The notes: generated from the letters alone by a model not told the origin. A stretch of DNA of 64,000 nt from Candidatus Eiseniibacteriota bacterium (GCA_963823555.1 CAWGMA010000001.1:1952001-2016000), one strand, 5' to 3'. Shown: positions 51,766 to 63,900, counted from the stretch's first letter. A program made the numbers and translations.

Positions 51766-53593
51766 CTAGTCCAAAATGATCCCGTCGAACCTCTCGACGA
51801 CCTCCTCGACTCCCGCCGAGAAGCGCGTCGGAGGTGCGGCCTTGGGCCTCGGCGCAGCCTCGACGCGAGGCGCTGGGCCCGGAGCGTGCCCGCGCCCGAC
51901 CTCGATCCGCACGCCATCGCCAAAGACCGAACGGACTTCCTCGGCGACGATGGCCATGTTCCTCGGCTCGAGCACCTTGCCGCGGTAGAAGCTCTGGCCC
52001 GCGGCGAAACCCAGCTGGAGGACACCCTGGGCGAATCCCACCTCGCGCGCCTCGGCGAGCAGGCTGGCGAGGGAGGTCTTCCGCACCTTGACGCGCTCGA
52101 TGACCTCTTGCCAGCGAGGATCCTGGGCCGGACCGGCATCGACAGCGATCGCGTTCGAGTCCACCTCCCCGGCATGGCCTGGATCGCCCCCCACCTCGGT
52201 CTCGTTCTCGATCGCAGCCCCTTCTTCCGCCTCCCCCGCGCCGGGTGCTTCGGCGATCATGGCGGCGGGCCCCGCCGACTCCATGCTGTAAAGGGGCCCT
52301 CGCGCCAGTTCGGTGGGACGTGATGCCGCGCTCGGCGCCATGCTGGTCCGACGTGACTTGCCGGTAGAGCCGCCACTCCCCTGCGTCCCGACCGCCGATG
52401 CCCCGCGAGAGCCCGTGGACGGGGCGCCGCCCCCGGCCCCTCGTTCCGCTCCTCCCACCCCGAGGGCATCGAGGCGCCCGAGGAGAGCACGGAGATCGGC
52501 AGTGGAACTGAGCTCCGCCATCTCGACCAGGGCCAGCTCAAGGTAGACCCGGGGGAACTCGCTCCGCCGCATCTCCCGGACGGCACCCAGGGCCAGACCC
52601 AGGATGCGAGCCACATCGCCCTTCGTCCAGGACTCGAGTTGCGTCGTAGTAACGACCTACCAGATCGTCGGTTAAGCCTGTCGTCGAGGCCAGGTCGTGG
52701 GATACGGCGAGCAGCAGGAGATGGCGCAGGTGCTCGATCAAACCGGTGGCGAACTCGCCGATGTTGGCCCCCTCGGCCAGCACGCTGTCGAGAAGGGCGA
52801 GCGCCCCCTGCCCGTCATGCGCGGCAATCCGCTCGGTGAGCGCGAGGAAGGTATCGACGCCGGTGAGCCCGAGCAAGCGCTCGACCCCGGCCCGGTCCAG
52901 ATCGCCATCGGCGGCGGCCACCACCTGATCGAGAAGCACCTCGGCATCGCGGAGCGAGCCCTGGGCGCGCTGGCTCAGGATCCGGAGCGCCCCGGGGTCG
53001 ACCCGGAACTTCTCCTGCTTGACGATCTTCTGGAGCTGGTTCTCGATGTCGACGACAGCAAGGCGGCGGAAATCGAAGCGCTGGACCCGAGACACGATGG
53101 TGTCCGGGACCTTCTGCACCTCGGTCGTGGCGAGGACGAAGACCACGTGCGCCGGCGGCTCCTCGAGGGTCTTCAGGAGCGCGTTGAACCCATGGGCCGT
53201 GACCTGATGCACCTCGTCGATGATGTAGAGCTTGAAACGCCCCCCACTCGGGGCGTAGCGCGCGTTCTCCCGGAGCTCCCGGACTTGATCGATCCCGCCC
53301 GATGAGGCACCGTCGATCTCGAGCACATCCAGACTGCGCCCGGCCGTGATCTCGCTGCAGACGTCACACTGGTTGCACGGCGCCTGTTCCGGACCCCGCT
53401 CGCAATTGAGCGCCTTGGCCAGGATGCGGGCCGTCGATGTCTTGCCCACCCCTCGCGGACCGGTGAACAGATAGCCATGCGCCACACGCTGGGTGGCCAC
53501 GGCCCCGGCGAGAACGCGCGTGACATGCTCCTGGCCGATGACTTCGGCGAAGGTCTGGGGCCGATAGCGACGAGCAAGGACCTGGTATGCCAT
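51766..53593 (-). CDS. dnaX: DNA polymerase III gamma/tau (one apparent frameshift near 52620-52650)
   Basis: LARRYRPQTF, GPRGVGKT, IIDEVH, LLKTLEEPP; C-terminal part continues in ORF 51766..52614. Confidence 0.93.
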
Positions 53594-53665
53594 CGAGCTA
53601 CTGGGCTCCTGGGACAGGCCCTTTCGAGCCCGCCCCGGCTTCGGGCGCCGGTCCATTGGCGGCCA

Positions 53666-53778
53666 GCGCACCGGGCCAGGGTGACCCACGGCACATCACA
53701 CGATCTGCTTACCGCTGCTACCTTCCGGTCCTGACGGGGTTCACAGGGTGCAATTGCGTGGGGCCTGACCCGGTGCGC
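53666..53778 (-). ncRNA. ffs: SRP RNA (4.5S)
   Basis: CCGTCAGGACCGGAAGGTAGCAGCGG domain IV; closing stem GCGCACCGGG/CCCGGTGCGC; upstream of dnaX. Confidence 0.92.
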
Positions 53779-53846
53779 GGGTCGCAGGCCGGCGTCATCC
53801 ATGCGAAAGCGCCCGACCGTGGCGGTAGCGACGGTCGGGCGGTCAA

Positions 53847-53922
53847 TGGTGGAGATGAGCGGGATCGAACCGCCGACCTCCTCGTTGCGAACGAGGCGCT
53901 CTCCCAACTGAGCTACATCCCC
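53847..53922 (-). tRNA. tRNA-Ala (CGC)
   Basis: GGGGATGTAGCTCAG; anticodon arm CCTCG-TTCGCAA-CGAGG; CCA. Confidence 0.95.
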
Positions 53923-53955
53923 GAGATCGAGGGATACCGCGCGCGGCGTGCCGGC

Positions 53956-53984
53956 AATGTAGCACGCGCCGCGATGAGGGTCAA
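53956..53984 (-). promoter_or_regulatory. sigma70-like promoter for tRNA-Ala/ffs
   Basis: TTGACC-17 nt-TACATT with extended TG. Confidence 0.65.
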
Positions 53985-54012
53985 CGTGGCGCCGGCGGGA
54001 GACTTGGGCCTC

Positions 54013-55029
54013 CTATCCCCCACCCCCGTCCGCTTCCGGGTCCTCTTCCGGCTCATCGTCTCCAGGGGGCTCGCTCGTCCCGAAGAAGGCCAGGATCTCG
54101 CGGACCACCGTGGAGTCGGTGGGAACCCCGTCGAGCAAGTAGAAGGTCCGCCCATTCAACGGCATGGGGCCATCGACCCCGAGCTGGACATTGGACCAGT
54201 TGAGGAATCTCCCGGAACTCCCCCCGAAGAATACCTGGCGTGCGTGCCCGATGCGCAGCGGGTAGTTCTCGACGCGCGGCTTGTGGCTGGCGACGATGAT
54301 ATCGACCCCGGGAACTTCCTCGGCGATCGAACGCACGGCCAGGTAACGAGCATGGGCGAAGCAGACCACGAGGCCGGCCCGGCGTCGCATCTCCGGCATG
54401 AGGGCGACGAGGGCGGCATTGGGCGGCAGCACCTTGACTCCGGGCTGAGACGCGGCCTGATCCTGCCACACCTCCGGTTCGAGAATGCTCGTGAACGCGA
54501 TCATCGTCTCGCCGGCAGGTCGCAGCACATAGGGTTTGAACAGCGGCTCCCGCGTCGTGGCGTCGACGATATTGGCCGAGACCCAGGCGAGATCGGCGTG
54601 CGGAGCGATCAGGTCTTCCAGGTAGCCTCGACCCCGCGCGAGCTCCACCTCCCCCACGCCGAGTGCGGAGTAGCCGAGCTTGGCGTGCATGGCGATCAGG
54701 AAGGCCTCGACCTGCGGGTCGGGATCCCCGGACGGGAGGAGATCACCGCCGTCGGCAGCCTCGACGAAGGCGGCCGTATCGCGGCTCGCCTCGATGATCG
54801 TCGCTCTCCGCCCCAGGCCCCCGGCCTTCTGCTTGCAGCGACCGCAGGGCAGCATCTCCCCGTGCGTCGCCGCCGACAGGATCAAGTTGAGGTGCTGGAC
54901 ACGGGATGCCGCTGGACCCGGCGGCTCGCTCTGACTCACCCCGGTCGCCAGTCCGCCGCCGGCCAGGGCGCACGGAACGATCACCATCAGGGCGCTCCAC
55001 GCGAGGGGCCGCTCCGGGCGGCGATGCAT
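54013..55029 (-). CDS. exported UshA-like protein, Cys-type paralog (PCGRC) of the selenoprotein, no heme domain
   Basis: HGEMLPCGRCKQKAGGLGRRAT...DGGD...LGYSALGVGEVEL...WVSANI; start uncertain. Confidence 0.8.
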   Translation of the reverse strand: MHRRPERPLAWSALMVIVPCALAGGGLATGVSQSEPPGPAASRVQHLNLILSAATHGEMLPCGRCKQKAGGLGRRATIIEASRDTAAFVEAADGGDLLPSGDPDPQVEAFLIAMHAKLGYSALGVGEVELARGRGYLEDLIAPHADLAWVSANIVDATTREPLFKPYVLRPAGETMIAFTSILEPEVWQDQAASQPGVKVLPPNAALVALMPEMRRRAGLVVCFAHARYLAVRSIAEEVPGVDIIVASHKPRVENYPLRIGHARQVFFGGSSGRFLNWSNVQLGVDGPMPLNGRTFYLLDGVPTDSTVVREILAFFGTSEPPGDDEPEEDPEADGGGG

Positions 55030-55104
55030 GCCTGCTCTGGGGTTTGGCAACTCTGATCGAGCCTGGGGAACCTGGACCGGACCTAACAGGATGATGAGGG
55101 AAGA

Positions 55105-55195
55105 TGGCGGAGAGAGAGGGATTCGAACCCTCGAGACGGTCTCCCGTCTACACGATTTCCAATCGTGCACCTTCGACCAGCTCGGTCATCTCTCC
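55105..55195 (-). tRNA. tRNA-Ser (GGA)
   Basis: CACGA-TTGGAAA-TCGTG; long variable arm; CCA. Confidence 0.95.
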
Positions 55196-55254
55196 GCAAG
55201 GACGGGCCACCTGCGACGCGGAAGAACAGCGGCGGCCACCCGCGGGCGCGCGCC

Positions 55255-55824
55255 TCACTCCCCGTCGGATCCGTTGCCGCCGTTCGAACCGGCCGCGTTG
55301 CGCCGCAATTCGTCGAAGAAGGATCGTATCAGGAAGCTCGATTCCTCGGCAAGCAGCCCGCTCTGCACCACCGCACGGTGGTTGAGGCGCGGATCCCGCG
55401 GGATATCGAACAGCGACCCGCAGGCCCCGGCCTTCGGATCATCGGCCGCATAGACGACACGGGAAATGCGGGCCAGGACAATCGCCCCGCTGCACATGAC
55501 GCAAGGTTCGAGGGTGGAATAGAGCGTGGCCCCCACCAGACGCGGTTCGCCGACGGTCGCGGCGGCGGCTCCGATGGCCAGGATCTCGGCGTGCGCGGTG
55601 GGATCGCCGAGGGTCTCGATCTGGTTCTTGCCCTTTCCCAGCAGACGACCATCGAGGACGACGACGGCACCGACCGGGACCTCACCCTGCGCTCGGGCCT
55701 CGCGAGCGAGCTTCAAGGCCTCGCGCATCCACCGCGCATCGCTGTTGAAGAGGTCCGGCCCCTTGCCGCCATCCGCCTCACCCCCCTCACCACGCGGCCC
55801 TTCGTCTTCTGGAATCATCGCCAT
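55255..55824 (-). CDS. tadA: tRNA adenosine(34) deaminase
   Basis: GEVPVGAV, DPTAHAE, TLEPCVMC, FFDELR. Confidence 0.93.
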   Translation of the reverse strand: MAMIPEDEGPRGEGGEADGGKGPDLFNSDARWMREALKLAREARAQGEVPVGAVVVLDGRLLGKGKNQIETLGDPTAHAEILAIGAAAATVGEPRLVGATLYSTLEPCVMCSGAIVLARISRVVYAADDPKAGACGSLFDIPRDPRLNHRAVVQSGLLAEESSFLIRSFFDELRRNAAGSNGGNGSDGE

Positions 55825-55879
55825 GCGTCTGGATGCTCTCTGGAGCGGTCCCCCTTCGTGAGCGGCCCGCAGGTCACAC

Positions 55880-56599
55880 TCACGGGATGCCGTAGACGAG
55901 GCTCGTTGCCACGTCCTCGGCCACATCATTGATGGGAGGCGCCGGCGGCACGATCTTGCTCCCACCGCGCTGGATGCCGAGATCGTCCACGACACCGGTC
56001 TGCGCCCGCGGGTCGTGGAACTGGCTCTTCACCTCGATGCGATCATGGGCTTCATAGACGAGCTTTCCTGTCTGTCCCGAGAAGATGCGGATCTCGGCGC
56101 TGACCTCGGAGTGCGAGTAACCCTCGACGTTCCATTCCACCTGTTCCGAATGCCACTCCTTGAGCTCGCCCTCGAGGTAATAGGAAAGACCGAGCTCGGT
56201 CGAGAATCGGCTCAACATCTCGGGATCGACCTTCCGCTCCTGCTTCCAGCGTCGGGAGAGCGCCTCCAGATCCGCCGCGAGCCCCTTCTCGGCCGCATCG
56301 CCCTCGAGCTGGTAGCGATCGATGAGAATGAACCCGGGCTTCTTCGCCCGGAGCGCGTTATCGAAGAAGGGAAAGAACCCGTCCAATGCATCGACGTTGG
56401 CCGACGTGTTGGTGAAGTTGATGGCAATGCGGTTCGTACCCTGCGGAGCGAACGTCGAATCGACGAAGACATAGGTCGGGTGTCCCTTGGGCGGCTTCTT
56501 CGTCTTCTTCTTCTTGTCTGCGGCGAACGTCGGATCGATGACCGCTGAGGCGACAACGAAAGCGATGAGCGCCAGGATCGCCAGGGTGGATCTCTTCAT
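55880..56599 (-). CDS. hypothetical exported protein
   Basis: SD GGAGG; MKRSTLAILALIAF signal peptide; globular-looking mature domain. Confidence 0.75.
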   Translation of the reverse strand: MKRSTLAILALIAFVVASAVIDPTFAADKKKKTKKPPKGHPTYVFVDSTFAPQGTNRIAINFTNTSANVDALDGFFPFFDNALRAKKPGFILIDRYQLEGDAAEKGLAADLEALSRRWKQERKVDPEMLSRFSTELGLSYYLEGELKEWHSEQVEWNVEGYSHSEVSAEIRIFSGQTGKLVYEAHDRIEVKSQFHDPRAQTGVVDDLGIQRGGSKIVPPAPPINDVAEDVATSLVYGIP

Positions 56600-56774
56600 A
56601 TTGGTCCTCCCGCCACACCGTTCCTCAAGAGGAACTGTTTCCCGGCCAGGGGCAAAGGCCAACGAGCCAGAGGAGCCGGAGGCTGGCAGCGCGGAAGCCG
56701 GCAACCGAGGGCCTGCCGGTCGAAGCCCTGTCCGGCGGCGGGGAGTCGCCAGACAGAACGCTTCCTCAAGGAGA

Positions 56775-56851
56775 TGGTACGCCCAGGAGGATTTGAACCC
56801 CCAACCTTCTGGTCCGTAGCCAGACGCTCTATCCAGTTGAGCTATGGGCGC
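56775..56851 (-). tRNA. tRNA-Arg (ACG)
   Basis: TCTGG-CTACGGA-CCAGA; CCA. Confidence 0.95.
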
Positions 56852-56866
56852 ACCGAACCCATTCGA

Positions 56867-56895
56867 TAGGTAGCACAGGGTTTGCGAGCTGTCAA
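56867..56895 (-). promoter_or_regulatory. possible promoter for tRNA-Arg
   Basis: TTGACA-17 nt-TACCTA with extended TG. Confidence 0.45.
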
Positions 56896-56945
56896 ACCTG
56901 TCGGCCCTGACGCGTTCGACAACCACCGGACAGGGCGTGCGGACC

Positions 56946-57039
<94 letters not shown>

Positions 57040-57151
57040 ACCGTGTCCGCTCACCCTGGTGGGCCGAACTCGCCGCACCCAACCAGGTTGATGTATCTCG
57101 ATTTCGTGCTTCTGCCCAGACCGGGCCGGACTGCGAGCCAGCCATCAATCG

Positions 57152-57237
57152 TGGCGGAGGGAGTAGGATTCGAACCCACGGACCTTTCGGTCTGCGCCTT
57201 TCAAGGGCGCCGCCTTAAACCACTCGGCCATCCCTCC
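57152..57237 (-). tRNA. tRNA-Ser (TGA)
   Basis: GCGCC-CTTGAAA-GGCGC; variable arm; CCA. Confidence 0.95.
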
Positions 57238-57331
57238 AGAGGCTTAGGACCGCGCTCCCCGGAGCGCCAGGATAGATGCAGCGCTTCGGACTTCCTCGCC
57301 CGACGCGCCTGAAACCGGTCCAAGGCCAAGG

Positions 57332-57361
57332 ATTACAGCATGCGGGCCGGGGCCAAGTCAA
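57332..57361 (-). promoter_or_regulatory. possible promoter for the tRNA-Ser cluster
   Basis: TTGACT-18 nt-TGTAAT with extended TG. Confidence 0.5.
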
Positions 57362-57370
57362 ACCCCCGGG

Positions 57371-58468
57371 CTAGAGCCTGGCGGCGATCAGCCCCCCCGC
57401 GACCACCCGCTCACCGTCGTAGAGAACGCCCGATTGTCCTGGGACCACCCCCTCGAGCGCTGCCCTGAAGCGGAGCGTGCCCGCGGGCCCCTCAACGTCT
57501 GCCGGAACCGTTTCGATCCGGCCCCTTACCGGGACCGCGCTCGAGCGCACTTGCATGCAGAGCTCCTCGTTCTCCACCAGCGGCTTCCGGCGCTGCCTGT
57601 TCACGCGTTCGAGGACGAGCCCGTCGGTGGCCAGATCGGTGCGCGCCCCCACGTGCACGATCGCTTGGACCGGGTCGATGGCGGTCACATAGCGAGGACC
57701 ATCGGCGCCGAACCCCAGTCCGCGTCGCTGTCCGATCGTGAAATGGACGATGCCATCGTGGCGCCCCACGACCGAGCCTCTTTCATCGACGATGAATCCG
57801 GCACGAATCGCACCGGCCGACTCCGGGCGTGACTTGACAAAATCGGCATAGCGCCCTCCCCTCACGAAACAGATGTCCTGGGAATCCGGCTTCCGGGCCA
57901 CGTCCAGACCGAGCTCCGCGGCCCGCGCCCGCACCTCGGCCTTGGCGATTTCCCCTACCGGAAACAGGACCCGGGAGAGAACGGTCGGTTTGACCCCCCA
58001 CAGCACATAGGATTGATCCTTGGCGTGGTCGGCTGCGCGCGCGATCGCCGGCTCACCGTCGGGGCCGTCCACCCGTCGCGCATGATGACCGGTGGCGATG
58101 AACTCGGCGCCCACCTGGTCGGCAATGGCGGCAAGCTGTCCGAACTTGAGGTGGGTGTTGCATTCAACGCACGGGTTGGGCGTACGCCCCGCCAGATAGT
58201 CCCTGACGAAGGGAACCACCACTTGCTCCTCGAAGCCGCCGGAGAGATCGAGGACGAGGTGACGGATGCCGATGCGCGCCGCTACCCGGCGCGCATCGGC
58301 GATATCCTCGAGCGAGCAGCAGGTCTTACCGGAGGGAGCGGTCTCGCCATAGCACCAGAGCTTGAGTGTCGCCCCGACCACCGTGAACCCCTGCTCGCTG
58401 AGGAGCGCCGCGGCAACCGAACTATCGACGCCACCCGACATGGCGAGAAGAACGGTGCCCTGGCTCAT
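57371..58468 (-). CDS. mnmA: tRNA 2-thiouridine(34) synthase
   Basis: AMSGGVDSS, TPNPCVECN, KDQSY, DSQDICF, TIGQRRGL. Confidence 0.96.
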   Translation of the reverse strand: MSQGTVLLAMSGGVDSSVAAALLSEQGFTVVGATLKLWCYGETAPSGKTCCSLEDIADARRVAARIGIRHLVLDLSGGFEEQVVVPFVRDYLAGRTPNPCVECNTHLKFGQLAAIADQVGAEFIATGHHARRVDGPDGEPAIARAADHAKDQSYVLWGVKPTVLSRVLFPVGEIAKAEVRARAAELGLDVARKPDSQDICFVRGGRYADFVKSRPESAGAIRAGFIVDERGSVVGRHDGIVHFTIGQRRGLGFGADGPRYVTAIDPVQAIVHVGARTDLATDGLVLERVNRQRRKPLVENEELCMQVRSSAVPVRGRIETVPADVEGPAGTLRFRAALEGVVPGQSGVLYDGERVVAGGLIAARL

Positions 58469-59625
58469 CGCTCACTCCGCGACCCGCGCGCGCGTTCGAC
58501 GGCGGCACCCAGGACGGTGAGCGCCTTCTCGATCTCCTCCGCCGTGGTCTCCGGCCCCAGCGATAGGCGCAGGGTCCCCCGCGCCCAGTCCGGAGCCAGC
58601 CCCATCGCTGACAGCACATGAGAGACACCCTCGGCGCCGGAGAGGCAGGCTGACCCGCGCGAGACCTGAACACCGGCCAGGTCGAGGGCGAGCACGAGGG
58701 CGCGCGCATCCGTTCCGGGAAAGGCGATCGACAGAGTGTTGGGCAAACGCGGCACCGATTGGCCATGCACCCGAGCATCGGGGAATCGGGCGACGAGCGC
58801 GGCGGCGAGACGATCTCTCAATGAAGCCGCCTGGTCCATGGCACGCAGCCGTTCCGGCGCCCTCGCGGCGGCGGCGCCGAGACCCACAATGGCAGCCACC
58901 GCATGCGTGCCGCCCCTGAGCCCGTTCTCCTGCGTCCCCCCGATGATGGGTTGCAGGTGAGTGCCCTGGCGCACGATGAGTGCCCCCACTCCCTGCGGGC
59001 CACCGAACTTGTGCGCCGAGACGGCGAGAAGGTCGACACCGAGATCGTCGCGTGTGAAGGGGATCTTGCCCACCGCCTGAACGGCATCGGTAAGGAAGGG
59101 AACCCCCTTGATCCGGAGCTCGCGCGCGACCTCGGCCACGGGCTGCACCACGCCCGTCTCGTTCGAAGCCAGAATGAGCGCGGCGATCGCGGTGCCGTCG
59201 CCCGCTTGCGCCAGGAAGCGTCCGGGGTCGACTCGCCCATCCGCCTCGGGTGGCACCCGGACGACCTTGAAATCGAGCTTTTCCAGCAGTTCTCCCGCCG
59301 TCAGGATCGCCTCGTGCTCGATCGCCGAGACCACGACGCGGCGTCCCTGGTCACGCCGCGCCAGCGCGCCGCCAACGAGGGCCAGGGTATCCGCCTCGCT
59401 CCCAGAAGCGGTGAAGACCACCTCCACGGGGCGCACGCCGACAAGGCGCGCGACCTGGCTGCGCGCCTCCTCGACCGCGGCACGCGCCTCCTGGCCCCGG
59501 ACATGAGAGCTGGCCGGGTTGGCCTGACGCGGCCCGAGCCAGACATTCATGGCGGCGGCGACTTCGGGCACGACCGGTGTGCCGGCGTTGTGATCGAGAT
59601 AGATCAAGTGACTCCGGGACCTCAT
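58465..59625 (-). CDS. iscS: cysteine desulfurase (IscS/NifS)
   Basis: YLDHNA, NPASSH, DAVQAVGK, SAHKFGGPQG, GSAC. Confidence 0.92.
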   Translation of the reverse strand: MRSRSHLIYLDHNAGTPVVPEVAAAMNVWLGPRQANPASSHVRGQEARAAVEEARSQVARLVGVRPVEVVFTASGSEADTLALVGGALARRDQGRRVVVSAIEHEAILTAGELLEKLDFKVVRVPPEADGRVDPGRFLAQAGDGTAIAALILASNETGVVQPVAEVARELRIKGVPFLTDAVQAVGKIPFTRDDLGVDLLAVSAHKFGGPQGVGALIVRQGTHLQPIIGGTQENGLRGGTHAVAAIVGLGAAAARAPERLRAMDQAASLRDRLAAALVARFPDARVHGQSVPRLPNTLSIAFPGTDARALVLALDLAGVQVSRGSACLSGAEGVSHVLSAMGLAPDWARGTLRLSLGPETTAEEIEKALTVLGAAVERARGSRSER

Positions 59626-59722
59626 TCCAACCGAGTCCGGGCCCGACGGCCTGGCGGCCGTCGTGAACGCCTGGACGTACCCATCGCCGCGCGCCAGCGT
59701 GGCGACGTGGATTCGCTCGCCG

Positions 59723-60892
59723 CTATTCCTCGGACTCGGCTTGCTTGCGCTTGCCCTCGGCGATGCGGATCAACTGATCGAGTCGCTTGAGCTGCGCCGA
59801 CGCCGCCTCGCCCCACTGCGAATCCCCGAGGACAGGTTGCAGCTTGGCTTCGGCGAGCCGGTAGCTGGCCACCGCATCCGTGAACTGCTCGGCTCCGACC
59901 TGCGCCAGACCTCGTTTCTCGAGCAGGCGCGCCCATGCATACTGCAAGCAGGGATCGTCCGGCCGCTTCGTGGCCCAGCCTTCGACCACCCTGAGCCCCT
60001 CTTCCCACTTACCCGAGTCCTCGTAGAGGAATGCAATCCGGCAGTCGACCGTGGCGGCGTCGTCGGGCCGGAGCTCGCGGTACGTGTTGAGCCGCTCCAG
60101 CGCCTTTCCATACAGCTGGCACTTCTGATAGAGCATCCCGAGGTTCAGGAGATCACCCGGGTTCGATGCATCGAGGGCGATGACCTGTTCGTACACCTCG
60201 ATCCCGCGATCGCAGGACTCGCCCTTGTAGAGCAAGAATCCAAGGTGGCGTAGAGGCTCGACGTTGTCGGGCTCGAGCACCGACCAACGCTCGTACACGG
60301 CCACGGACTGCTCGATCATCTCGTTTTGCTGGCAGAGCTCACCCACGGTGCGAAGGATGGAGACATCCGTGGGATCGATCTCCAGCGCCCGCTGGTAGGC
60401 CATCACGGCCTCCACCGGGCGGTCCTGGCTCTTCAAGATATAGGCATAGCCGACCATCGCATCCTTGTCGTTCGGTCGCTTCTGCAACAAGGCCTCGTAG
60501 CTGGACAGCGCGGCATCATGCTGCCCGGCCGAGGCCTGGGCGAAGGCGAGGGCGTTCAAGAGATCGCAGCGCACTGAATCGCTGGGGCTCAGGGTCAGGG
60601 CATGCTCATAGGTCTTGGCCGCCTCCGACCATTGCCGGAGCTCCGACTGGCAGTAGCCGAGCTTGACAAAGGCCTCCAGATGCTGCGGAGCCAGCTTGGT
60701 GACCTCGCTGAAGTTCTCGACGCACTCCACCCACTGCCGGTTGGCGATGGCGTCCTGCCCCTCGTTCCAGGCCTTGGTGGCCGCTTCGGGCAAGCGATCG
60801 GGTGTGGCCCCACCCCGGCCGGCGCCGAGAGCCGAAGCAAGGATCACGAAGACCAAGGCGGTGAAGGCATGGCGCAGGCCGGTTCGCTGCAT
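59723..60892 (-). CDS. exported tetratricopeptide-repeat protein
   Basis: signal peptide plus multiple TPRs; SD AAAGGAG. Confidence 0.85.
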   Translation of the reverse strand: MQRTGLRHAFTALVFVILASALGAGRGGATPDRLPEAATKAWNEGQDAIANRQWVECVENFSEVTKLAPQHLEAFVKLGYCQSELRQWSEAAKTYEHALTLSPSDSVRCDLLNALAFAQASAGQHDAALSSYEALLQKRPNDKDAMVGYAYILKSQDRPVEAVMAYQRALEIDPTDVSILRTVGELCQQNEMIEQSVAVYERWSVLEPDNVEPLRHLGFLLYKGESCDRGIEVYEQVIALDASNPGDLLNLGMLYQKCQLYGKALERLNTYRELRPDDAATVDCRIAFLYEDSGKWEEGLRVVEGWATKRPDDPCLQYAWARLLEKRGLAQVGAEQFTDAVASYRLAEAKLQPVLGDSQWGEAASAQLKRLDQLIRIAEGKRKQAESEE

Positions 60893-61038
60893 GGCGCATG
60901 CTCCTTTCGTGCGGCGGCTGGCCGCACTGGTCCGGCGCGACCCCAGGTGCCGCACCGACCGCATCGTAACTCAAGCCACGGGACCCTACCTCAGTGTTCA
61001 GCCATGATCGGCGTCCAGGCGGTGCACTCGCTGCGGAC

Positions 61039-61311
61039 CTACACCGCCTCGACCCGCTGGATCTCGGGCACATCCTCCCGGATGATACGCTCGAGGCCCT
61101 GCCTCAGGGTCAGCTGCGACATCGGGCAGCCGCCACAGGCCCCGACCAGCCTGAGCTGGACCACTCCGTCGCGCACATCGACCAGCTCGCAGTCACCCCC
61201 ATCGGCGACGAGCGCAGGCCGCATGCGGTCGATGGCCGCCTCGACCCGCGCGATGAGGGCTCCATCCGCCGCATGAGCGGCAGCTCCGTCTTGCATTCTC
61301 TCTTCGCTCAT
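61039..61311 (-). CDS. NifU C-terminal domain (Nfu) protein
   Basis: RPALVADGGD, GACGGCPMS. Confidence 0.92.
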   Translation of the reverse strand: MSEERMQDGAAAHAADGALIARVEAAIDRMRPALVADGGDCELVDVRDGVVQLRLVGACGGCPMSQLTLRQGLERIIREDVPEIQRVEAV

Positions 61312-61344
61312 CCCGCCCCCCTGGCCCGAAGGCCCCATCCGAGT

Positions 61345-62898
<1,554 letters not shown>

Positions 62899-62958
62899 TT
62901 ATGACAACTAGGGACGAGTCAAGGCAACTCACCCTGGACGGCAGGCTCGCCCTTCCCC

Positions 62959-63900
62959 CTACCCATTGATGCGCAGCGGGACCGGGGTGAAGCAGATGAG
63001 GAGCAGGATCAAGGCGGCGGCACCAAGAACCCAGTCACGGCGGCGGAGGGAACGGTGCGGGTTCTGGAGCGGAGGGTGGCGGAGACCGAACAGGATCGCG
63101 AGCAGGCACCAGACAATCCAGCCGGGCCAGAGAAAACTCATGCCCAGCATGATGCCGATCGCGGGGAGCGCAATCCAGCGACTGCGGCGCCCGAACAACG
63201 CGTAGGCGACGTGGCCGCCGTCGAGCTGGCCCAGCGGTAGCAGGTTGAGCGCCGTGACGAGAATTCCGGCCCAGCCAGCCAGGCCCACGGCGTTCAGCAG
63301 GAGGTCTTGACCAGGGGGTAGCGAGCCATGAATGAGCCGGATCAGCCCCTTCATGAGCAGCGATTCACCGAGCTCGAGGGTGGCCTCCGGCGGCACCTGG
63401 GTCACCACCGAAGTGGATATGCCGATCCACAGCACGGGCAGCGCGACCAGGAAACCCGCGATGGGGCCGGCCGCACCGATGGCCAGGAGCGCCCGCCGGT
63501 CCGTGATCGCCGAGCGGATTCGAATGAAAGCGCCGAACGTGCCGAGCAGCGTGGGGGCCGGGATGAAATAGGGCAGTGTGACCTCCACCCCATGGCCCCG
63601 AGCCGTCAGGTAATGCCCCATCTCGTGCACGAACAGGATCGAGAGCAGGGCTGCCGCGAAGGGAACGCCGCGCAGGAGCGCCCGCGGTCCATCGAGATCG
63701 GCCCCCTCGTGGAGAGCACCGACCAGGAGCGTCGATCCGACGGTGAAGACGAAGAGCCCGATCTGAATGAGGCTGGGTCGGATCGGCGGCAGCGGCCGGC
63801 CCATGGCCTCCGGCTGCCGGTCCGGAACGCCCCAGCCTGGGGCGCCCTCCGGATCGAGGACGGACCGACCATGCTCCCGAGTCCTTGGATCCTGAGCCAC
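62959..63900 (-). CDS. site-2 protease (M50) family membrane metalloprotease
   Basis: HEMGH, AGPIAG, NLLPLGQLDGGH; GTG start inferred after AAGGAG. Confidence 0.92.
   Translation of the reverse strand: MAQDPRTREHGRSVLDPEGAPGWGVPDRQPEAMGRPLPPIRPSLIQIGLFVFTVGSTLLVGALHEGADLDGPRALLRGVPFAAALLSILFVHEMGHYLTARGHGVEVTLPYFIPAPTLLGTFGAFIRIRSAITDRRALLAIGAAGPIAGFLVALPVLWIGISTSVVTQVPPEATLELGESLLMKGLIRLIHGSLPPGQDLLLNAVGLAGWAGILVTALNLLPLGQLDGGHVAYALFGRRSRWIALPAIGIMLGMSFLWPGWIVWCLLAILFGLRHPPLQNPHRSLRRRDWVLGAAALILLLICFTPVPLRING

Noticed and set aside
57152..57237. tRNA with 'TGA' anticodon as a possible tRNA-Sec or UGA suppressor
   Set aside because: Anticodon 5'-TGA reads UCA (Ser). tRNA-Sec needs TCA and an extended acceptor stem; this is an ordinary tRNA-Ser
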